From: Paramoeba atlantica | Lineage: Eukaryota > Protista > Discosea | Assembly (NCBI GenBank): GCA_977017575.1 | Contig: CDRNVI010000071.1 | Span: forward strand, 251,929 to 315,928 | Reading direction: 5' to 3' | DNA length: 64,000 nt | In this document: piece by piece, positions 51,512 through 64,000 of the stretch | How positions within the stretch are numbered: position 1 is the first letter of the stretch | Layout: each line of letters starts with the position of its first letter | Made by a program: the position numbers and the translations under genes | Notes under the pieces: generated by a model | The model's database searches: none | The model's input: only the letters and a program-made list of their open reading frames with translations | What the model was told of the DNA's origin: nothing

Positions 51512-53521
51512 TTAGTCTACCTCTTCAACCTTGGGTCCCGAGCTCGCCGGTGGGGCCGGGGCGGCTCCCCCGGCACCTGGGAATCCCTCCGGCATTCCTC
51601 CAGGAAATCCCCCGGGCATCCCACCGGGAAACCCTCCCGGGGCTGCACCCTCCGCCCCTGGGGCGCCTCCACCCTGCTGGTACATCTTGGTCATGATGGG
51701 TGTGCATTTCTGCTCCAGCTCCTTCTGCCGCCCTTCGTACTCCTCCTTGCTCGCCTCCTGACTGGACTCAAGCCACTTGATGGTTTCCTCCACGGCATCG
51801 AGAAGGGTCTGCTTGTCGCCCGCGTCCAGCTTTCCCCCCACATTGGGGTCATTCGCGGTGTTCTTCATGCTGTACGCGTAGTTCTCGAGTCCGTTCTTCG
51901 CCTCGATACGCTCACGTTGCTTCCGGTCCTCCTCCTCGAACTTTGCGGACTCGTTCACCATGCGCTCGATCTCCTCCTTGCTGAGACGCCCCTTGTCGTT
52001 GGTGATGGTGATCTGGTTCTTCTTCCCCGTGCCCTTCTCCTCGGCGCTGACGTTCAGGATACCATTGGCATCGATGTCAAACGTGACTTCGATTTGTGGC
52101 ACCCCGCGCGGCGCGGGTGGAATTCCCGAGAGATCGAATGTGCCGAGAAGGTGGCAGTCGCGTGTCATCGCGCGCTCACCCTCGAACACCTGGATATGCA
52201 CCCCCGGTTGGTTGTCGCTGTACGTGGAGAAGGTCTGGCTCTTCTTGGTCGGGATCGTCGTGTTGCGCTTGATCAGGGACGTCATGACACCCCCGGCGGT
52301 TTCGATACCCAACGTCAGCGGGGCGACATCCAGGAGAAGAAGTCCCTCCGTCTGCTTACTCTTCCCGCCGGTGAGGATGTAGGCTTGCACCGCGGCACCG
52401 TACGCCACAGCCTCGTCCGGGTTAATACTCTTGTTGAGTTCCTTTCCGCCAAAGAAGTCGGAGACGAGCTGCTGCACCTTGGGAATACGAGTCGAACCAC
52501 CGACCAGAACCACGTCGTGCACCGTGCGCTTGTCGATCTTCGCATCCGTCAGGACTTGTTCCACCGGCTTGAGTGTGGAGCGGAAGAGGTCCGCGCAAAG
52601 CTCCTCGAATCGCGCACGGGTGATGCTCGTGTAGAAGTCAATCCCCTCAAAAAGAGAGTCAATCTCCACGGAACTCTGAGCCGCGGAAGACAGAGTACGC
52701 TTGGCTCGCTCGCACGCGGTGCGAAGACGGCGTAGTGCTCGCTGGTTCTGCGACAGATCCTTCTTGTGCTTTCGCTTAAATTCCTCGACAAAGTGGTTCA
52801 CGAGACGGTTGTCAAAGTCCTCACCACCGAGATGGGTGTCTCCCGCCGTGGCCTTGACCTCGAAGATTCCACCATCGATGGTGAGCAGAGTGACGTCAAA
52901 GGTGCCGCCTCCGAGATCAAAGATGAGTACGTTCCGTTCTTGTTGGTCCGAGATCTTATCCAGGCCGTACGCAATCGCCGCCGCCGTGGGCTCGTTGATG
53001 ATTCGAAGCACTTCCAGTCCGGCAATCGAGCCCGCGTCCTTCGTGGCCTGTCGTTGGGAGTCGTTGAAGTACGCCGGGACGGTGACCACCGCCTTCTTGA
53101 CCTCCTTACCGAGATATGCCTCCGCAATCTCCTTCATCTTAATCAACACCATGGAGCTAATCTCCTCCGGCGTGAAGGTCTTTGCCTCGCTCTTGTACTG
53201 GACCTCCATCACGGGCTTCTCGTCCCCCTGGGAACGTACCTTAAAGGGCCAGTGCTTCATGTCGCTCTGAACAACGGAGTCGGAGATCTTACGCCCGATT
53301 AACCGCTTCGCATCAAACACACTGTTGGTCGGATTCATCGCTACCTGGTTCTTCGCGGCATCCCCAATCAGACGTTCAGTGTCCGTGAAGGCCACGTAGG
53401 ACGGAGTCGTGTAGTTCCCCTGGTCATTCGCAATGATTACCACACGCTCGTTCTGCCACACCCCAACACAGGAGTAGGTGGTCCCGAGATCGATACCAAT
53501 AGCTCCTTCGTACGTCATCAA
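51512..53521 (-). CDS. HSP70: Cytosolic HSP70, copy 3
   Basis: Protein identical to copy 1. Confidence 0.99.
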   Translation of the reverse strand: MMTYEGAIGIDLGTTYSCVGVWQNERVVIIANDQGNYTTPSYVAFTDTERLIGDAAKNQVAMNPTNSVFDAKRLIGRKISDSVVQSDMKHWPFKVRSQGDEKPVMEVQYKSEAKTFTPEEISSMVLIKMKEIAEAYLGKEVKKAVVTVPAYFNDSQRQATKDAGSIAGLEVLRIINEPTAAAIAYGLDKISDQQERNVLIFDLGGGTFDVTLLTIDGGIFEVKATAGDTHLGGEDFDNRLVNHFVEEFKRKHKKDLSQNQRALRRLRTACERAKRTLSSAAQSSVEIDSLFEGIDFYTSITRARFEELCADLFRSTLKPVEQVLTDAKIDKRTVHDVVLVGGSTRIPKVQQLVSDFFGGKELNKSINPDEAVAYGAAVQAYILTGGKSKQTEGLLLLDVAPLTLGIETAGGVMTSLIKRNTTIPTKKSQTFSTYSDNQPGVHIQVFEGERAMTRDCHLLGTFDLSGIPPAPRGVPQIEVTFDIDANGILNVSAEEKGTGKKNQITITNDKGRLSKEEIERMVNESAKFEEEDRKQRERIEAKNGLENYAYSMKNTANDPNVGGKLDAGDKQTLLDAVEETIKWLESSQEASKEEYEGRQKELEQKCTPIMTKMYQQGGGAPGAEGAAPGGFPGGMPGGFPGGMPEGFPGAGGAAPAPPASSGPKVEEVD

Positions 53522-53877
53522 GTTAATAATAAAATGGAGAGATATGCAAAAGCAATGAAGCTATAGAATTAACTACATTTGAATTCAAGTTCCAACTAAC
53601 AGACGTAATAATGCCGTGATATTGGGCGCGTAGAGGTCTTTTTTAAAGAACATATTGAAGCTAAAGCGGTAAAAAACACGACGCACTCATTTGCTCCAAA
53701 GTTGTTAGAACCAAAGTACGCTAAACAAGGTCAAACTAAATTATTTTACCCCAATTTTCCGAATTACGCACAAATAATTGCGTGGTTTACATTGTTAAAT
53801 AATTTATTTGTCAAATATGTGATCCGAAAAGAAAAAAGGAAAACAAGCAATCCGTTGGAGCAGTCCTAACCCTTGAA

Positions 53878-55887
53878 TTAGTCTACCTCTTCAACCTTGG
53901 GTCCCGAGCTCGCCGGTGGGGCCGGGGCGGCTCCCCCGGCACCTGGGAATCCCTCCGGCATTCCTCCAGGAAATCCCCCGGGCATCCCACCGGGAAACCC
54001 TCCCGGGGCTGCACCCTCCGCCCCTGGGGCGCCTCCACCCTGCTGGTACATCTTGGTCATGATGGGTGTGCATTTCTGCTCCAGCTCCTTCTGCCGCCCT
54101 TCGTACTCCTCCTTGCTCGCCTCCTGACTGGACTCAAGCCACTTGATGGTTTCCTCCACGGCATCGAGAAGGGTCTGCTTGTCGCCCGCGTCCAGCTTTC
54201 CCCCCACATTGGGGTCATTCGCGGTGTTCTTCATGCTGTACGCGTAGTTCTCGAGTCCGTTCTTCGCCTCGATACGCTCACGTTGCTTCCGGTCCTCCTC
54301 CTCGAACTTTGCGGACTCGTTCACCATGCGCTCGATCTCCTCCTTGCTGAGACGCCCCTTGTCGTTGGTGATGGTGATCTGGTTCTTCTTCCCCGTGCCC
54401 TTCTCCTCGGCGCTGACGTTCAGGATACCATTGGCATCGATGTCAAACGTGACTTCGATTTGTGGCACCCCGCGCGGCGCGGGTGGAATTCCCGAGAGAT
54501 CGAATGTGCCGAGAAGGTGGCAGTCGCGTGTCATCGCGCGCTCACCCTCGAACACCTGGATATGCACCCCCGGTTGGTTGTCGCTGTACGTGGAGAAGGT
54601 CTGGCTCTTCTTGGTCGGGATCGTCGTGTTGCGCTTGATCAGGGACGTCATGACACCCCCGGCGGTTTCGATACCCAACGTCAGCGGGGCGACATCCAGG
54701 AGAAGAAGTCCCTCCGTCTGCTTACTCTTCCCGCCGGTGAGGATGTAGGCTTGCACCGCGGCACCGTACGCCACAGCCTCGTCCGGGTTAATACTCTTGT
54801 TGAGTTCCTTTCCGCCAAAGAAGTCGGAGACGAGCTGCTGCACCTTGGGAATACGAGTCGAACCACCGACCAGAACCACGTCGTGCACCGTGCGCTTGTC
54901 GATCTTCGCATCCGTCAGGACTTGTTCCACCGGCTTGAGTGTGGAGCGGAAGAGGTCCGCGCAAAGCTCCTCGAATCGCGCACGGGTGATGCTCGTGTAG
55001 AAGTCAATCCCCTCAAAAAGAGAGTCAATCTCCACGGAACTCTGAGCCGCGGAAGACAGAGTACGCTTGGCTCGCTCGCACGCGGTGCGAAGACGGCGTA
55101 GTGCTCGCTGGTTCTGCGACAGATCCTTCTTGTGCTTTCGCTTAAATTCCTCGACAAAGTGGTTCACGAGACGGTTGTCAAAGTCCTCACCACCGAGATG
55201 GGTGTCTCCCGCCGTGGCCTTGACCTCGAAGATTCCACCATCGATGGTGAGCAGAGTGACGTCAAAGGTGCCGCCTCCGAGATCAAAGATGAGTACGTTC
55301 CGTTCTTGTTGGTCCGAGATCTTATCCAGGCCGTACGCAATCGCCGCCGCCGTGGGCTCGTTGATGATTCGAAGCACTTCCAGTCCGGCAATCGAGCCCG
55401 CGTCCTTCGTGGCCTGTCGTTGGGAGTCGTTGAAGTACGCCGGGACGGTGACCACCGCCTTCTTGACCTCCTTACCGAGATATGCCTCCGCAATCTCCTT
55501 CATCTTAATCAACACCATGGAGCTAATCTCCTCCGGCGTGAAGGTCTTTGCCTCGCTCTTGTACTGGACCTCCATCACGGGCTTCTCGTCCCCCTGGGAA
55601 CGTACCTTAAAGGGCCAGTGCTTCATGTCGCTCTGAACAACGGAGTCGGAGATCTTACGCCCGATTAACCGCTTCGCATCAAACACACTGTTGGTCGGAT
55701 TCATCGCTACCTGGTTCTTCGCGGCATCCCCAATCAGACGTTCAGTGTCCGTGAAGGCCACGTAGGACGGAGTCGTGTAGTTCCCCTGGTCATTCGCAAT
55801 GATTACCACACGCTCGTTCTGCCACACCCCAACACAGGAGTAGGTGGTCCCGAGATCGATACCAATAGCTCCTTCGTACGTCATCAA
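53878..55887 (-). CDS. HSP70: Cytosolic HSP70, copy 4
   Basis: Protein identical to copy 1. Confidence 0.99.
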   Translation of the reverse strand: MMTYEGAIGIDLGTTYSCVGVWQNERVVIIANDQGNYTTPSYVAFTDTERLIGDAAKNQVAMNPTNSVFDAKRLIGRKISDSVVQSDMKHWPFKVRSQGDEKPVMEVQYKSEAKTFTPEEISSMVLIKMKEIAEAYLGKEVKKAVVTVPAYFNDSQRQATKDAGSIAGLEVLRIINEPTAAAIAYGLDKISDQQERNVLIFDLGGGTFDVTLLTIDGGIFEVKATAGDTHLGGEDFDNRLVNHFVEEFKRKHKKDLSQNQRALRRLRTACERAKRTLSSAAQSSVEIDSLFEGIDFYTSITRARFEELCADLFRSTLKPVEQVLTDAKIDKRTVHDVVLVGGSTRIPKVQQLVSDFFGGKELNKSINPDEAVAYGAAVQAYILTGGKSKQTEGLLLLDVAPLTLGIETAGGVMTSLIKRNTTIPTKKSQTFSTYSDNQPGVHIQVFEGERAMTRDCHLLGTFDLSGIPPAPRGVPQIEVTFDIDANGILNVSAEEKGTGKKNQITITNDKGRLSKEEIERMVNESAKFEEEDRKQRERIEAKNGLENYAYSMKNTANDPNVGGKLDAGDKQTLLDAVEETIKWLESSQEASKEEYEGRQKELEQKCTPIMTKMYQQGGGAPGAEGAAPGGFPGGMPGGFPGGMPEGFPGAGGAAPAPPASSGPKVEEVD

Positions 55888-56242
55888 GTTAATAATAAAA
55901 TGGAGAGATATGCAAAAGCAATGAAGCTATAGAATTAACTACATTTGAATTCAAGTTCCAACTAACAGACGTAATAATGCCGTGATATTGGGCGCGTAGA
56001 GGTCTTTTTTAAAGAACATATTGAAGCCAAAGCGGTAAAAAACACGACGCACTCATTTGCTCCAAAGTTGTTAGAACCAAAGTACGCTAAACAAGGTCAA
56101 ACTAAATTATTTTACCCCAATTTTCCGAATTACGCACAAATAATTGCGTGGTTTACATTGTTAAATAATTTATTTGTCAAATATGTGATCCGAAAAGAAA
56201 AAAGGAAAACAAGCAATCCGTTGGAGCAGTCCTGCCCTTGAA

Positions 56243-58252
56243 TTAGTCTACCTCTTCAACCTTGGGTCCCGAGCTCGCCGGTGGGGCCGGGGCGGCTCCC
56301 CCGGCACCTGGGAATCCCTCCGGCATTCCTCCAGGAAATCCCCCGGGCATCCCACCGGGAAACCCTCCCGGGGCTGCACCCTCCGCCCCTGGGGCGCCTC
56401 CACCCTGCTGGTACATCTTGGTCATGATGGGTGTGCATTTCTGCTCCAGCTCCTTCTGCCGCCCTTCGTACTCCTCCTTGCTCGCCTCCTGACTGGACTC
56501 AAGCCACTTGATGGTTTCCTCCACGGCATCGAGAAGGGTCTGCTTGTCGCCCGCGTCCAGCTTTCCCCCCACATTGGGGTCATTCGCGGTGTTCTTCATG
56601 CTGTACGCGTAGTTCTCGAGTCCGTTCTTCGCCTCGATACGCTCACGTTGCTTCCGGTCCTCCTCCTCGAACTTTGCGGACTCGTTCACCATGCGCTCGA
56701 TCTCCTCCTTGCTGAGACGCCCCTTGTCGTTGGTGATGGTGATCTGGTTCTTCTTCCCCGTGCCCTTCTCCTCGGCGCTGACGTTCAGGATACCATTGGC
56801 ATCGATGTCAAACGTGACTTCGATTTGTGGCACCCCGCGCGGCGCGGGTGGAATTCCCGAGAGATCGAATGTGCCGAGAAGGTGGCAGTCGCGTGTCATC
56901 GCGCGCTCACCCTCGAACACCTGGATATGCACCCCCGGTTGGTTGTCGCTGTACGTGGAGAAGGTCTGGCTCTTCTTGGTCGGGATCGTCGTGTTGCGCT
57001 TGATCAGGGACGTCATGACACCCCCGGCGGTTTCGATACCCAACGTCAGCGGGGCGACATCCAGGAGAAGAAGTCCCTCCGTCTGCTTACTCTTCCCGCC
57101 GGTGAGGATGTAGGCTTGCACCGCGGCACCGTACGCCACAGCCTCGTCCGGGTTAATACTCTTGTTGAGTTCCTTTCCGCCAAAGAAGTCGGAGACGAGC
57201 TGCTGCACCTTGGGAATACGAGTCGAACCACCGACCAGAACCACGTCGTGCACCGTGCGCTTGTCGATCTTCGCATCCGTCAGGACTTGTTCCACCGGCT
57301 TGAGTGTGGAGCGGAAGAGGTCCGCGCAAAGCTCCTCGAATCGCGCACGGGTGATGCTCGTGTAGAAGTCAATCCCCTCAAAAAGAGAGTCAATCTCCAC
57401 GGAACTCTGAGCCGCGGAAGACAGAGTACGCTTGGCTCGCTCGCACGCGGTGCGAAGACGGCGTAGTGCTCGCTGGTTCTGCGACAGATCCTTCTTGTGC
57501 TTTCGCTTAAATTCCTCGACAAAGTGGTTCACGAGACGGTTGTCAAAGTCCTCACCACCGAGATGGGTGTCTCCCGCCGTGGCCTTGACCTCGAAGATTC
57601 CACCATCGATGGTGAGCAGAGTGACGTCAAAGGTGCCGCCTCCGAGATCAAAGATGAGTACGTTCCGTTCTTGTTGGTCCGAGATCTTATCCAGGCCGTA
57701 CGCAATCGCCGCCGCCGTGGGCTCGTTGATGATTCGAAGCACTTCCAGTCCGGCAATCGAGCCCGCGTCCTTCGTGGCCTGTCGTTGGGAGTCGTTGAAG
57801 TACGCCGGGACGGTGACCACCGCCTTCTTGACCTCCTTACCGAGATATGCCTCCGCAATCTCCTTCATCTTAATCAACACCATGGAGCTAATCTCCTCCG
57901 GCGTGAAGGTCTTTGCCTCGCTCTTGTACTGGACCTCCATCACGGGCTTCTCGTCCCCCTGGGAACGTACCTTAAAGGGCCAGTGCTTCATGTCGCTCTG
58001 AACAACGGAGTCGGAGATCTTACGCCCGATTAACCGCTTCGCATCAAACACACTGTTGGTCGGATTCATCGCTACCTGGTTCTTCGCGGCATCCCCAATC
58101 AGACGTTCAGTGTCCGTGAAGGCCACGTAGGACGGAGTCGTGTAGTTCCCCTGGTCATTCGCAATGATTACCACACGCTCGTTCTGCCACACCCCAACAC
58201 AGGAGTAGGTGGTCCCGAGATCGATACCAATAGCTCCTTCGTACGTCATCAA
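56243..58252 (-). CDS. HSP70: Cytosolic HSP70, copy 5
   Basis: Protein identical to copy 1. Confidence 0.99.
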   Translation of the reverse strand: MMTYEGAIGIDLGTTYSCVGVWQNERVVIIANDQGNYTTPSYVAFTDTERLIGDAAKNQVAMNPTNSVFDAKRLIGRKISDSVVQSDMKHWPFKVRSQGDEKPVMEVQYKSEAKTFTPEEISSMVLIKMKEIAEAYLGKEVKKAVVTVPAYFNDSQRQATKDAGSIAGLEVLRIINEPTAAAIAYGLDKISDQQERNVLIFDLGGGTFDVTLLTIDGGIFEVKATAGDTHLGGEDFDNRLVNHFVEEFKRKHKKDLSQNQRALRRLRTACERAKRTLSSAAQSSVEIDSLFEGIDFYTSITRARFEELCADLFRSTLKPVEQVLTDAKIDKRTVHDVVLVGGSTRIPKVQQLVSDFFGGKELNKSINPDEAVAYGAAVQAYILTGGKSKQTEGLLLLDVAPLTLGIETAGGVMTSLIKRNTTIPTKKSQTFSTYSDNQPGVHIQVFEGERAMTRDCHLLGTFDLSGIPPAPRGVPQIEVTFDIDANGILNVSAEEKGTGKKNQITITNDKGRLSKEEIERMVNESAKFEEEDRKQRERIEAKNGLENYAYSMKNTANDPNVGGKLDAGDKQTLLDAVEETIKWLESSQEASKEEYEGRQKELEQKCTPIMTKMYQQGGGAPGAEGAAPGGFPGGMPGGFPGGMPEGFPGAGGAAPAPPASSGPKVEEVD

Positions 58253-58607
58253 GTTAATAATAAAATGGAGAGATATGCAAAAGCAATGAAGCTATAGAAT
58301 TAACTACATTTGAATTCAAGTTCCAACTAACAGACGTAATAATGCCGTGATATTGGGCGCGTAGAGGTCTTTTTTAAAGAACATATTGAAGCCAAAGCGG
58401 TAAAAAACACGACGCACTCATTTGCTCCAAAGTTGTTAGAACCAAAGTACGCTAAACAAGGTCAAACTAAATTATTTTACCCCAATTTTCCGAATTACGC
58501 ACAAATAATTGCGTGGTTTACATTGTTAAATAATTTATTTGTCAAATATGTGATCCGAAAAGAAAAAAGGAAAACAAGCAATCCGTTGGAGCAGTCCTGC
58601 CCTTGAA

Positions 58608-60617
58608 TTAGTCTACCTCTTCAACCTTGGGTCCCGAGCTCGCCGGTGGGGCTGGGGCGGCTCCCCCGGCACCTGGGAATCCCTCCGGCATTCCTCCAGG
58701 AAATCCCCCGGGCATCCCACCGGGAAACCCTCCCGGGGCTGCACCCTCCGCCCCTGGGGCGCCTCCACCCTGCTGGTACATCTTGGTCATGATGGGTGTG
58801 CATTTCTGCTCCAGCTCCTTCTGCCGCCCTTCGTACTCCTCCTTGCTCGCCTCCTGACTGGACTCAAGCCACTTGATGGTTTCCTCCACGGCATCGAGAA
58901 GGGTCTGCTTGTCGCCCTCGTCCAGCTTTCCCCCCACATTGGGGTCATTCGCGGTGTTCTTCATGCTGTACGCGTAGTTCTCGAGTCCGTTCTTCGCCTC
59001 GATACGCTCACGTTGCTTCCGGTCCTCCTCCTCGAACTTTGCGGACTCGTTCACCATGCGCTCGATCTCCTCCTTGCTGAGACGCCCCTTGTCGTTGGTG
59101 ATGGTGATCTGGTTCTTCTTCCCCGTGCCCTTCTCCTCGGCGCTGACGTTCAGGATACCATTGGCATCGATGTCAAACGTGACTTCGATTTGTGGCACCC
59201 CGCGCGGCGCGGGTGGAATTCCCGAGAGATCGAATGTGCCGAGAAGGTGGCAGTCGCGTGTCATCGCGCGCTCACCCTCGAACACCTGGATATGCACCCC
59301 CGGTTGGTTGTCGCTGTACGTGGAGAAGGTCTGGCTCTTCTTGGTCGGGATCGTCGTGTTGCGCTTGATCAGGGACGTCATGACACCCCCGGCGGTTTCG
59401 ATACCCAACGTCAGCGGGGCGACATCCAGGAGAAGAAGTCCCTCCGTCTGCTTACTCTTCCCGCCGGTGAGGATGTAGGCTTGCACCGCGGCACCGTACG
59501 CCACAGCCTCGTCCGGGTTAATACTCTTGTTGAGTTCCTTTCCGCCAAAGAAGTCGGAGACGAGCTGCTGCACCTTGGGAATACGAGTCGAACCACCGAC
59601 CAGAACCACGTCGTGCACCGTGCGCTTGTCGATCTTCGCATCCGTCAGGACTTGTTCCACCGGCTTGAGTGTGGAGCGGAAGAGGTCCGCGCAAAGCTCC
59701 TCGAATCGCGCACGGGTGATGCTCGTGTAGAAGTCAATCCCCTCAAAAAGAGAGTCAATCTCCACGGAACTCTGAGCCGCGGAAGACAGAGTACGCTTGG
59801 CTCGCTCGCACGCGGTGCGAAGACGGCGTAGTGCTCGCTGGTTCTGCGACAGATCCTTCTTGTGCTTTCGCTTAAATTCCTCGACAAAGTGGTTCACGAG
59901 ACGGTTGTCAAAGTCCTCACCACCGAGATGGGTGTCTCCCGCCGTGGCCTTGACCTCGAAGATTCCACCATCGATGGTGAGCAGAGTGACGTCAAAGGTG
60001 CCGCCTCCGAGATCAAAGATGAGTACGTTCCGTTCTTGTTGGTCCGAGATCTTATCCAGGCCGTACGCAATCGCCGCCGCCGTGGGCTCGTTGATGATTC
60101 GAAGCACTTCCAGTCCGGCAATCGAGCCCGCGTCCTTCGTGGCCTGTCGTTGGGAGTCGTTGAAGTACGCCGGGACGGTGACCACCGCCTTCTTGACCTC
60201 CTTACCGAGATATGCCTCCGCAATCTCCTTCATCTTAATCAACACCATGGAGCTAATCTCCTCCGGCGTGAAGGTCTTTGCCTCGCTCTTGTACTGGACC
60301 TCCATCACGGGCTTCTCGTCCCCCTGGGAACGTACCTTAAAGGGCCAGTGCTTCATGTCGCTCTGAACAACGGAGTCGGAGATCTTACGCCCGATTAACC
60401 GCTTCGCATCAAACACACTGTTGGTCGGATTCATCGCTACCTGGTTCTTCGCGGCATCCCCAATCAGACGTTCAGTGTCCGTGAAGGCCACGTAGGACGG
60501 AGTCGTGTAGTTCCCCTGGTCATTCGCAATGATTACCACACGCTCGTTCTGCCACACCCCAACACAGGAGTAGGTGGTCCCGAGATCGATACCAATAGCT
60601 CCTTCGTACGTCATCAA
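58608..60617 (-). CDS. HSP70: Cytosolic HSP70, copy 6 (KLDEG variant)
   Basis: Same variant as copy 2. Confidence 0.99.
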   Translation of the reverse strand: MMTYEGAIGIDLGTTYSCVGVWQNERVVIIANDQGNYTTPSYVAFTDTERLIGDAAKNQVAMNPTNSVFDAKRLIGRKISDSVVQSDMKHWPFKVRSQGDEKPVMEVQYKSEAKTFTPEEISSMVLIKMKEIAEAYLGKEVKKAVVTVPAYFNDSQRQATKDAGSIAGLEVLRIINEPTAAAIAYGLDKISDQQERNVLIFDLGGGTFDVTLLTIDGGIFEVKATAGDTHLGGEDFDNRLVNHFVEEFKRKHKKDLSQNQRALRRLRTACERAKRTLSSAAQSSVEIDSLFEGIDFYTSITRARFEELCADLFRSTLKPVEQVLTDAKIDKRTVHDVVLVGGSTRIPKVQQLVSDFFGGKELNKSINPDEAVAYGAAVQAYILTGGKSKQTEGLLLLDVAPLTLGIETAGGVMTSLIKRNTTIPTKKSQTFSTYSDNQPGVHIQVFEGERAMTRDCHLLGTFDLSGIPPAPRGVPQIEVTFDIDANGILNVSAEEKGTGKKNQITITNDKGRLSKEEIERMVNESAKFEEEDRKQRERIEAKNGLENYAYSMKNTANDPNVGGKLDEGDKQTLLDAVEETIKWLESSQEASKEEYEGRQKELEQKCTPIMTKMYQQGGGAPGAEGAAPGGFPGGMPGGFPGGMPEGFPGAGGAAPAPPASSGPKVEEVD

Positions 60618-60973
60618 GTTAATAATAAAATGGAGAGATATGCAAAAGCAATGAAGCTATAGAATTAACTACATTTGAATTCAAGTTCCAACTAACAGAC
60701 GTAATAATGCCGTGATATTGGGCGCGTAGAGGTCTTTTTTAAAGAACATATTGAAGCCAAAGCGGTAAAAAACACGACGCACTCATTTGCTCCAAAGTTG
60801 TTAGAACCAAAGTACGCTAAACAAGGTCAAACTAAATTATTTTACCCCAATTTTCCGAATTACGCACAAATAATTGCGTGGTTTACATTGTTAAATAATT
60901 TATTTGTCAAATATGTGATCCGAAAAGAAAAAAGGAAAACAAGCAATCCGTTGGAGCAGTCCTAACCCTTGAA

Positions 60974-62983
60974 TTAGTCTACCTCTTCAACCTTGGGTCC
61001 CGAGCTCGCCGGTGGGGCCGGGGCGGCTCCCCCGGCACCTGGGAATCCCTCCGGCATTCCTCCAGGAAATCCCCCGGGCATCCCACCGGGAAACCCTCCC
61101 GGGGCTGCACCCTCCGCCCCTGGGGCGCCTCCACCCTGCTGGTACATCTTGGTCATGATGGGTGTGCATTTCTGCTCCAGCTCCTTCTGCCGCCCTTCGT
61201 ACTCCTCCTTGCTCGCCTCCTGACTGGACTCAAGCCACTTGATGGTTTCCTCCACGGCATCGAGAAGGGTCTGCTTGTCGCCCGCGTCCAGCTTTCCCCC
61301 CACATTGGGGTCATTCGCGGTGTTCTTCATGCTGTACGCGTAGTTCTCGAGTCCGTTCTTCGCCTCGATACGCTCACGTTGCTTCCGGTCCTCCTCCTCG
61401 AACTTTGCGGACTCGTTCACCATGCGCTCGATCTCCTCCTTGCTGAGACGCCCCTTGTCGTTGGTGATGGTGATCTGGTTCTTCTTCCCCGTGCCCTTCT
61501 CCTCGGCGCTGACGTTCAGGATACCATTGGCATCGATGTCAAACGTGACTTCGATTTGTGGCACCCCGCGCGGCGCGGGTGGAATTCCCGAGAGATCGAA
61601 TGTGCCGAGAAGGTGGCAGTCGCGTGTCATCGCGCGCTCACCCTCGAACACCTGGATATGCACCCCCGGTTGGTTGTCGCTGTACGTGGAGAAGGTCTGG
61701 CTCTTCTTGGTCGGGATCGTCGTGTTGCGCTTGATCAGGGACGTCATGACACCCCCGGCGGTTTCGATACCCAACGTCAGCGGGGCGACATCCAGGAGAA
61801 GAAGTCCCTCCGTCTGCTTACTCTTCCCGCCGGTGAGGATGTAGGCTTGCACCGCGGCACCGTACGCCACAGCCTCGTCCGGGTTAATACTCTTGTTGAG
61901 TTCCTTTCCGCCAAAGAAGTCGGAGACGAGCTGCTGCACCTTGGGAATACGAGTCGAACCACCGACCAGAACCACGTCGTGCACCGTGCGCTTGTCGATC
62001 TTCGCATCCGTCAGGACTTGTTCCACCGGCTTGAGTGTGGAGCGGAAGAGGTCCGCGCAAAGCTCCTCGAATCGCGCACGGGTGATGCTCGTGTAGAAGT
62101 CAATCCCCTCAAAAAGAGAGTCAATCTCCACGGAACTCTGAGCCGCGGAAGACAGAGTACGCTTGGCTCGCTCGCACGCGGTGCGAAGACGGCGTAGTGC
62201 TCGCTGGTTCTGCGACAGATCCTTCTTGTGCTTTCGCTTAAATTCCTCGACAAAGTGGTTCACGAGACGGTTGTCAAAGTCCTCACCACCGAGATGGGTG
62301 TCTCCCGCCGTGGCCTTGACCTCGAAGATTCCACCATCGATGGTGAGCAGAGTGACGTCAAAGGTGCCGCCTCCGAGATCAAAGATGAGTACGTTCCGTT
62401 CTTGTTGGTCCGAGATCTTATCCAGGCCGTACGCAATCGCCGCCGCCGTGGGCTCGTTGATGATTCGAAGCACTTCCAGTCCGGCAATCGAGCCCGCGTC
62501 CTTCGTGGCCTGTCGTTGGGAGTCGTTGAAGTACGCCGGGACGGTGACCACCGCCTTCTTGACCTCCTTACCGAGATATGCCTCCGCAATCTCCTTCATC
62601 TTAATCAACACCATGGAGCTAATCTCCTCCGGCGTGAAGGTCTTTGCCTCGCTCTTGTACTGGACCTCCATCACGGGCTTCTCGTCCCCCTGGGAACGTA
62701 CCTTAAAGGGCCAGTGCTTCATGTCGCTCTGAACAACGGAGTCGGAGATCTTACGCCCGATTAACCGCTTCGCATCAAACACACTGTTGGTCGGATTCAT
62801 CGCTACCTGGTTCTTCGCGGCATCCCCAATCAGACGTTCAGTGTCCGTGAAGGCCACGTAGGACGGAGTCGTGTAGTTCCCCTGGTCATTCGCAATGATT
62901 ACCACACGCTCGTTCTGCCACACCCCAACACAGGAGTAGGTGGTCCCGAGATCGATACCAATAGCTCCTTCGTACGTCATCAA
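60974..62983 (-). CDS. HSP70: Cytosolic HSP70, copy 7
   Basis: Protein identical to copy 1. Confidence 0.99.
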   Translation of the reverse strand: MMTYEGAIGIDLGTTYSCVGVWQNERVVIIANDQGNYTTPSYVAFTDTERLIGDAAKNQVAMNPTNSVFDAKRLIGRKISDSVVQSDMKHWPFKVRSQGDEKPVMEVQYKSEAKTFTPEEISSMVLIKMKEIAEAYLGKEVKKAVVTVPAYFNDSQRQATKDAGSIAGLEVLRIINEPTAAAIAYGLDKISDQQERNVLIFDLGGGTFDVTLLTIDGGIFEVKATAGDTHLGGEDFDNRLVNHFVEEFKRKHKKDLSQNQRALRRLRTACERAKRTLSSAAQSSVEIDSLFEGIDFYTSITRARFEELCADLFRSTLKPVEQVLTDAKIDKRTVHDVVLVGGSTRIPKVQQLVSDFFGGKELNKSINPDEAVAYGAAVQAYILTGGKSKQTEGLLLLDVAPLTLGIETAGGVMTSLIKRNTTIPTKKSQTFSTYSDNQPGVHIQVFEGERAMTRDCHLLGTFDLSGIPPAPRGVPQIEVTFDIDANGILNVSAEEKGTGKKNQITITNDKGRLSKEEIERMVNESAKFEEEDRKQRERIEAKNGLENYAYSMKNTANDPNVGGKLDAGDKQTLLDAVEETIKWLESSQEASKEEYEGRQKELEQKCTPIMTKMYQQGGGAPGAEGAAPGGFPGGMPGGFPGGMPEGFPGAGGAAPAPPASSGPKVEEVD

Positions 62984-63339
62984 GTTAATAATAAAATGGA
63001 GAGATATGCAAAAGCAATGAAGCTATAGAATTAACTACATTTGAATTCAAGTTCCAACTAACAGACGTAATAATGCCGTGATATTGGGCGCGTAGAGGTC
63101 TTTTTTAAAGAACATATTGAAGCTAAAGCGGTAAAAAACACGACGCACTCATTTGCTCCAAAGTTGTTAGAACCAAAGTACGCTAAACAAGGTCAAACTA
63201 AATTATTTTACCCCAATTTTCCGAATTACGCACAAATAATTGCGTGGTTTACATTGTTAAATAATTTATTTGTCAAATATGTGATCCGAAAAGAAAAAAG
63301 GAAAACAAGCAATCCGTTGGAGCAGTCCTAACCCTTGAA

Positions 63340-64000
63340 TTAGTCTACCTCTTCAACCTTGGGTCCCGAGCTCGCCGGTGGGGCCGGGGCGGCTCCCCCG
63401 GCACCTGGGAATCCCTCCGGCATTCCTCCAGGAAATCCCCCGGGCATCCCACCGGGAAACCCTCCCGGGGCTGCACCCTCCGCCCCTGGGGCGCCTCCAC
63501 CCTGCTGGTACATCTTGGTCATGATGGGTGTGCATTTCTGCTCCAGCTCCTTCTGCCGCCCTTCGTACTCCTCCTTGCTCGCCTCCTGACTGGACTCAAG
63601 CCACTTGATGGTTTCCTCCACGGCATCGAGAAGGGTCTGCTTGTCGCCCGCGTCCAGCTTTCCCCCCACATTGGGGTCATTCGCGGTGTTCTTCATGCTG
63701 TACGCGTAGTTCTCGAGTCCGTTCTTCGCCTCGATACGCTCACGTTGCTTCCGGTCCTCCTCCTCGAACTTTGCGGACTCGTTCACCATGCGCTCGATCT
63801 CCTCCTTGCTGAGACGCCCCTTGTCGTTGGTGATGGTGATCTGGTTCTTCTTCCCCGTGCCCTTCTCCTCGGCGCTGACGTTCAGGATACCATTGGCATC
63901 GATGTCAAACGTGACTTCGATTTGTGGCACCCCGCGCGGCGCGGGTGGAATTCCCGAGAGATCGAATGTGCCGAGAAGGTGGCAGTCGCGTGTCATCGCG
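63340..64000 (-). CDS. HSP70: Cytosolic HSP70, copy 8 (5' part outside the window)
   Basis: The C-terminal 218+ aa are identical to copy 1. Confidence 0.98.
   Translation of the reverse strand, partial: AMTRDCHLLGTFDLSGIPPAPRGVPQIEVTFDIDANGILNVSAEEKGTGKKNQITITNDKGRLSKEEIERMVNESAKFEEEDRKQRERIEAKNGLENYAYSMKNTANDPNVGGKLDAGDKQTLLDAVEETIKWLESSQEASKEEYEGRQKELEQKCTPIMTKMYQQGGGAPGAEGAAPGGFPGGMPGGFPGGMPEGFPGAGGAAPAPPASSGPKVEEVD

Larger units (their letters stand above)
46781..64000 (-). repeat. Tandem HSP70 array, 2365/2366-bp unit, at least 8 copies, 4-unit (9462-bp) higher-order repeat
   Basis: Stop codons at 46781, 49146, 51512, 53878, 56243, 58608, 60974 and 63340; variant sites recur every fourth unit. 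Confidence 0.97.

Overview
Eukaryotic, intron-less genomic DNA of a kinetoplastid. A Perkinsela-like or other non-trypanosomatid lineage is my inference, not proven. All 22 credible host genes lie on the minus strand as one polycistronic unit: a Plus3-domain protein (partial), an LRR protein, a hypothetical protein, two kinetoplast-associated HMG-like proteins plus a truncated third copy, an LMW-PTP/ArsC-fold pseudo-enzyme, a WD40 protein, ISU1, a J-protein, an AT-hook basic protein, Alba, a coiled-coil protein, Maf, ESF1, mitochondrial ferredoxin, NAT10/Kre33, and at least 8 tandem cytosolic HSP70 genes with a 4-unit higher-order repeat. The intergenic regions (about 1-3, 5.4-12.4, 15-17.9 and 34.9-39.9 kb) are dense with mobile DNA. 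They hold at least six TA-flanked TIR elements (one TA duplication shown by an empty-site copy in this window), Merlin/IS1595 and hAT transposase relics, CRE-like, HERO-like and VIPER/DIRS-like retroelement relics, and three diverged fold-back palindromes that share a GGAGATAC site geometry. Four degenerate tRNA-like A/B-box elements are present. Two of them sit directly upstream of unexplained structured RNA-like sequences ending in oligo-T, and one of these cassettes is bounded by terminal inverted repeats. All family assignments come from motifs read by eye; no searches were run.
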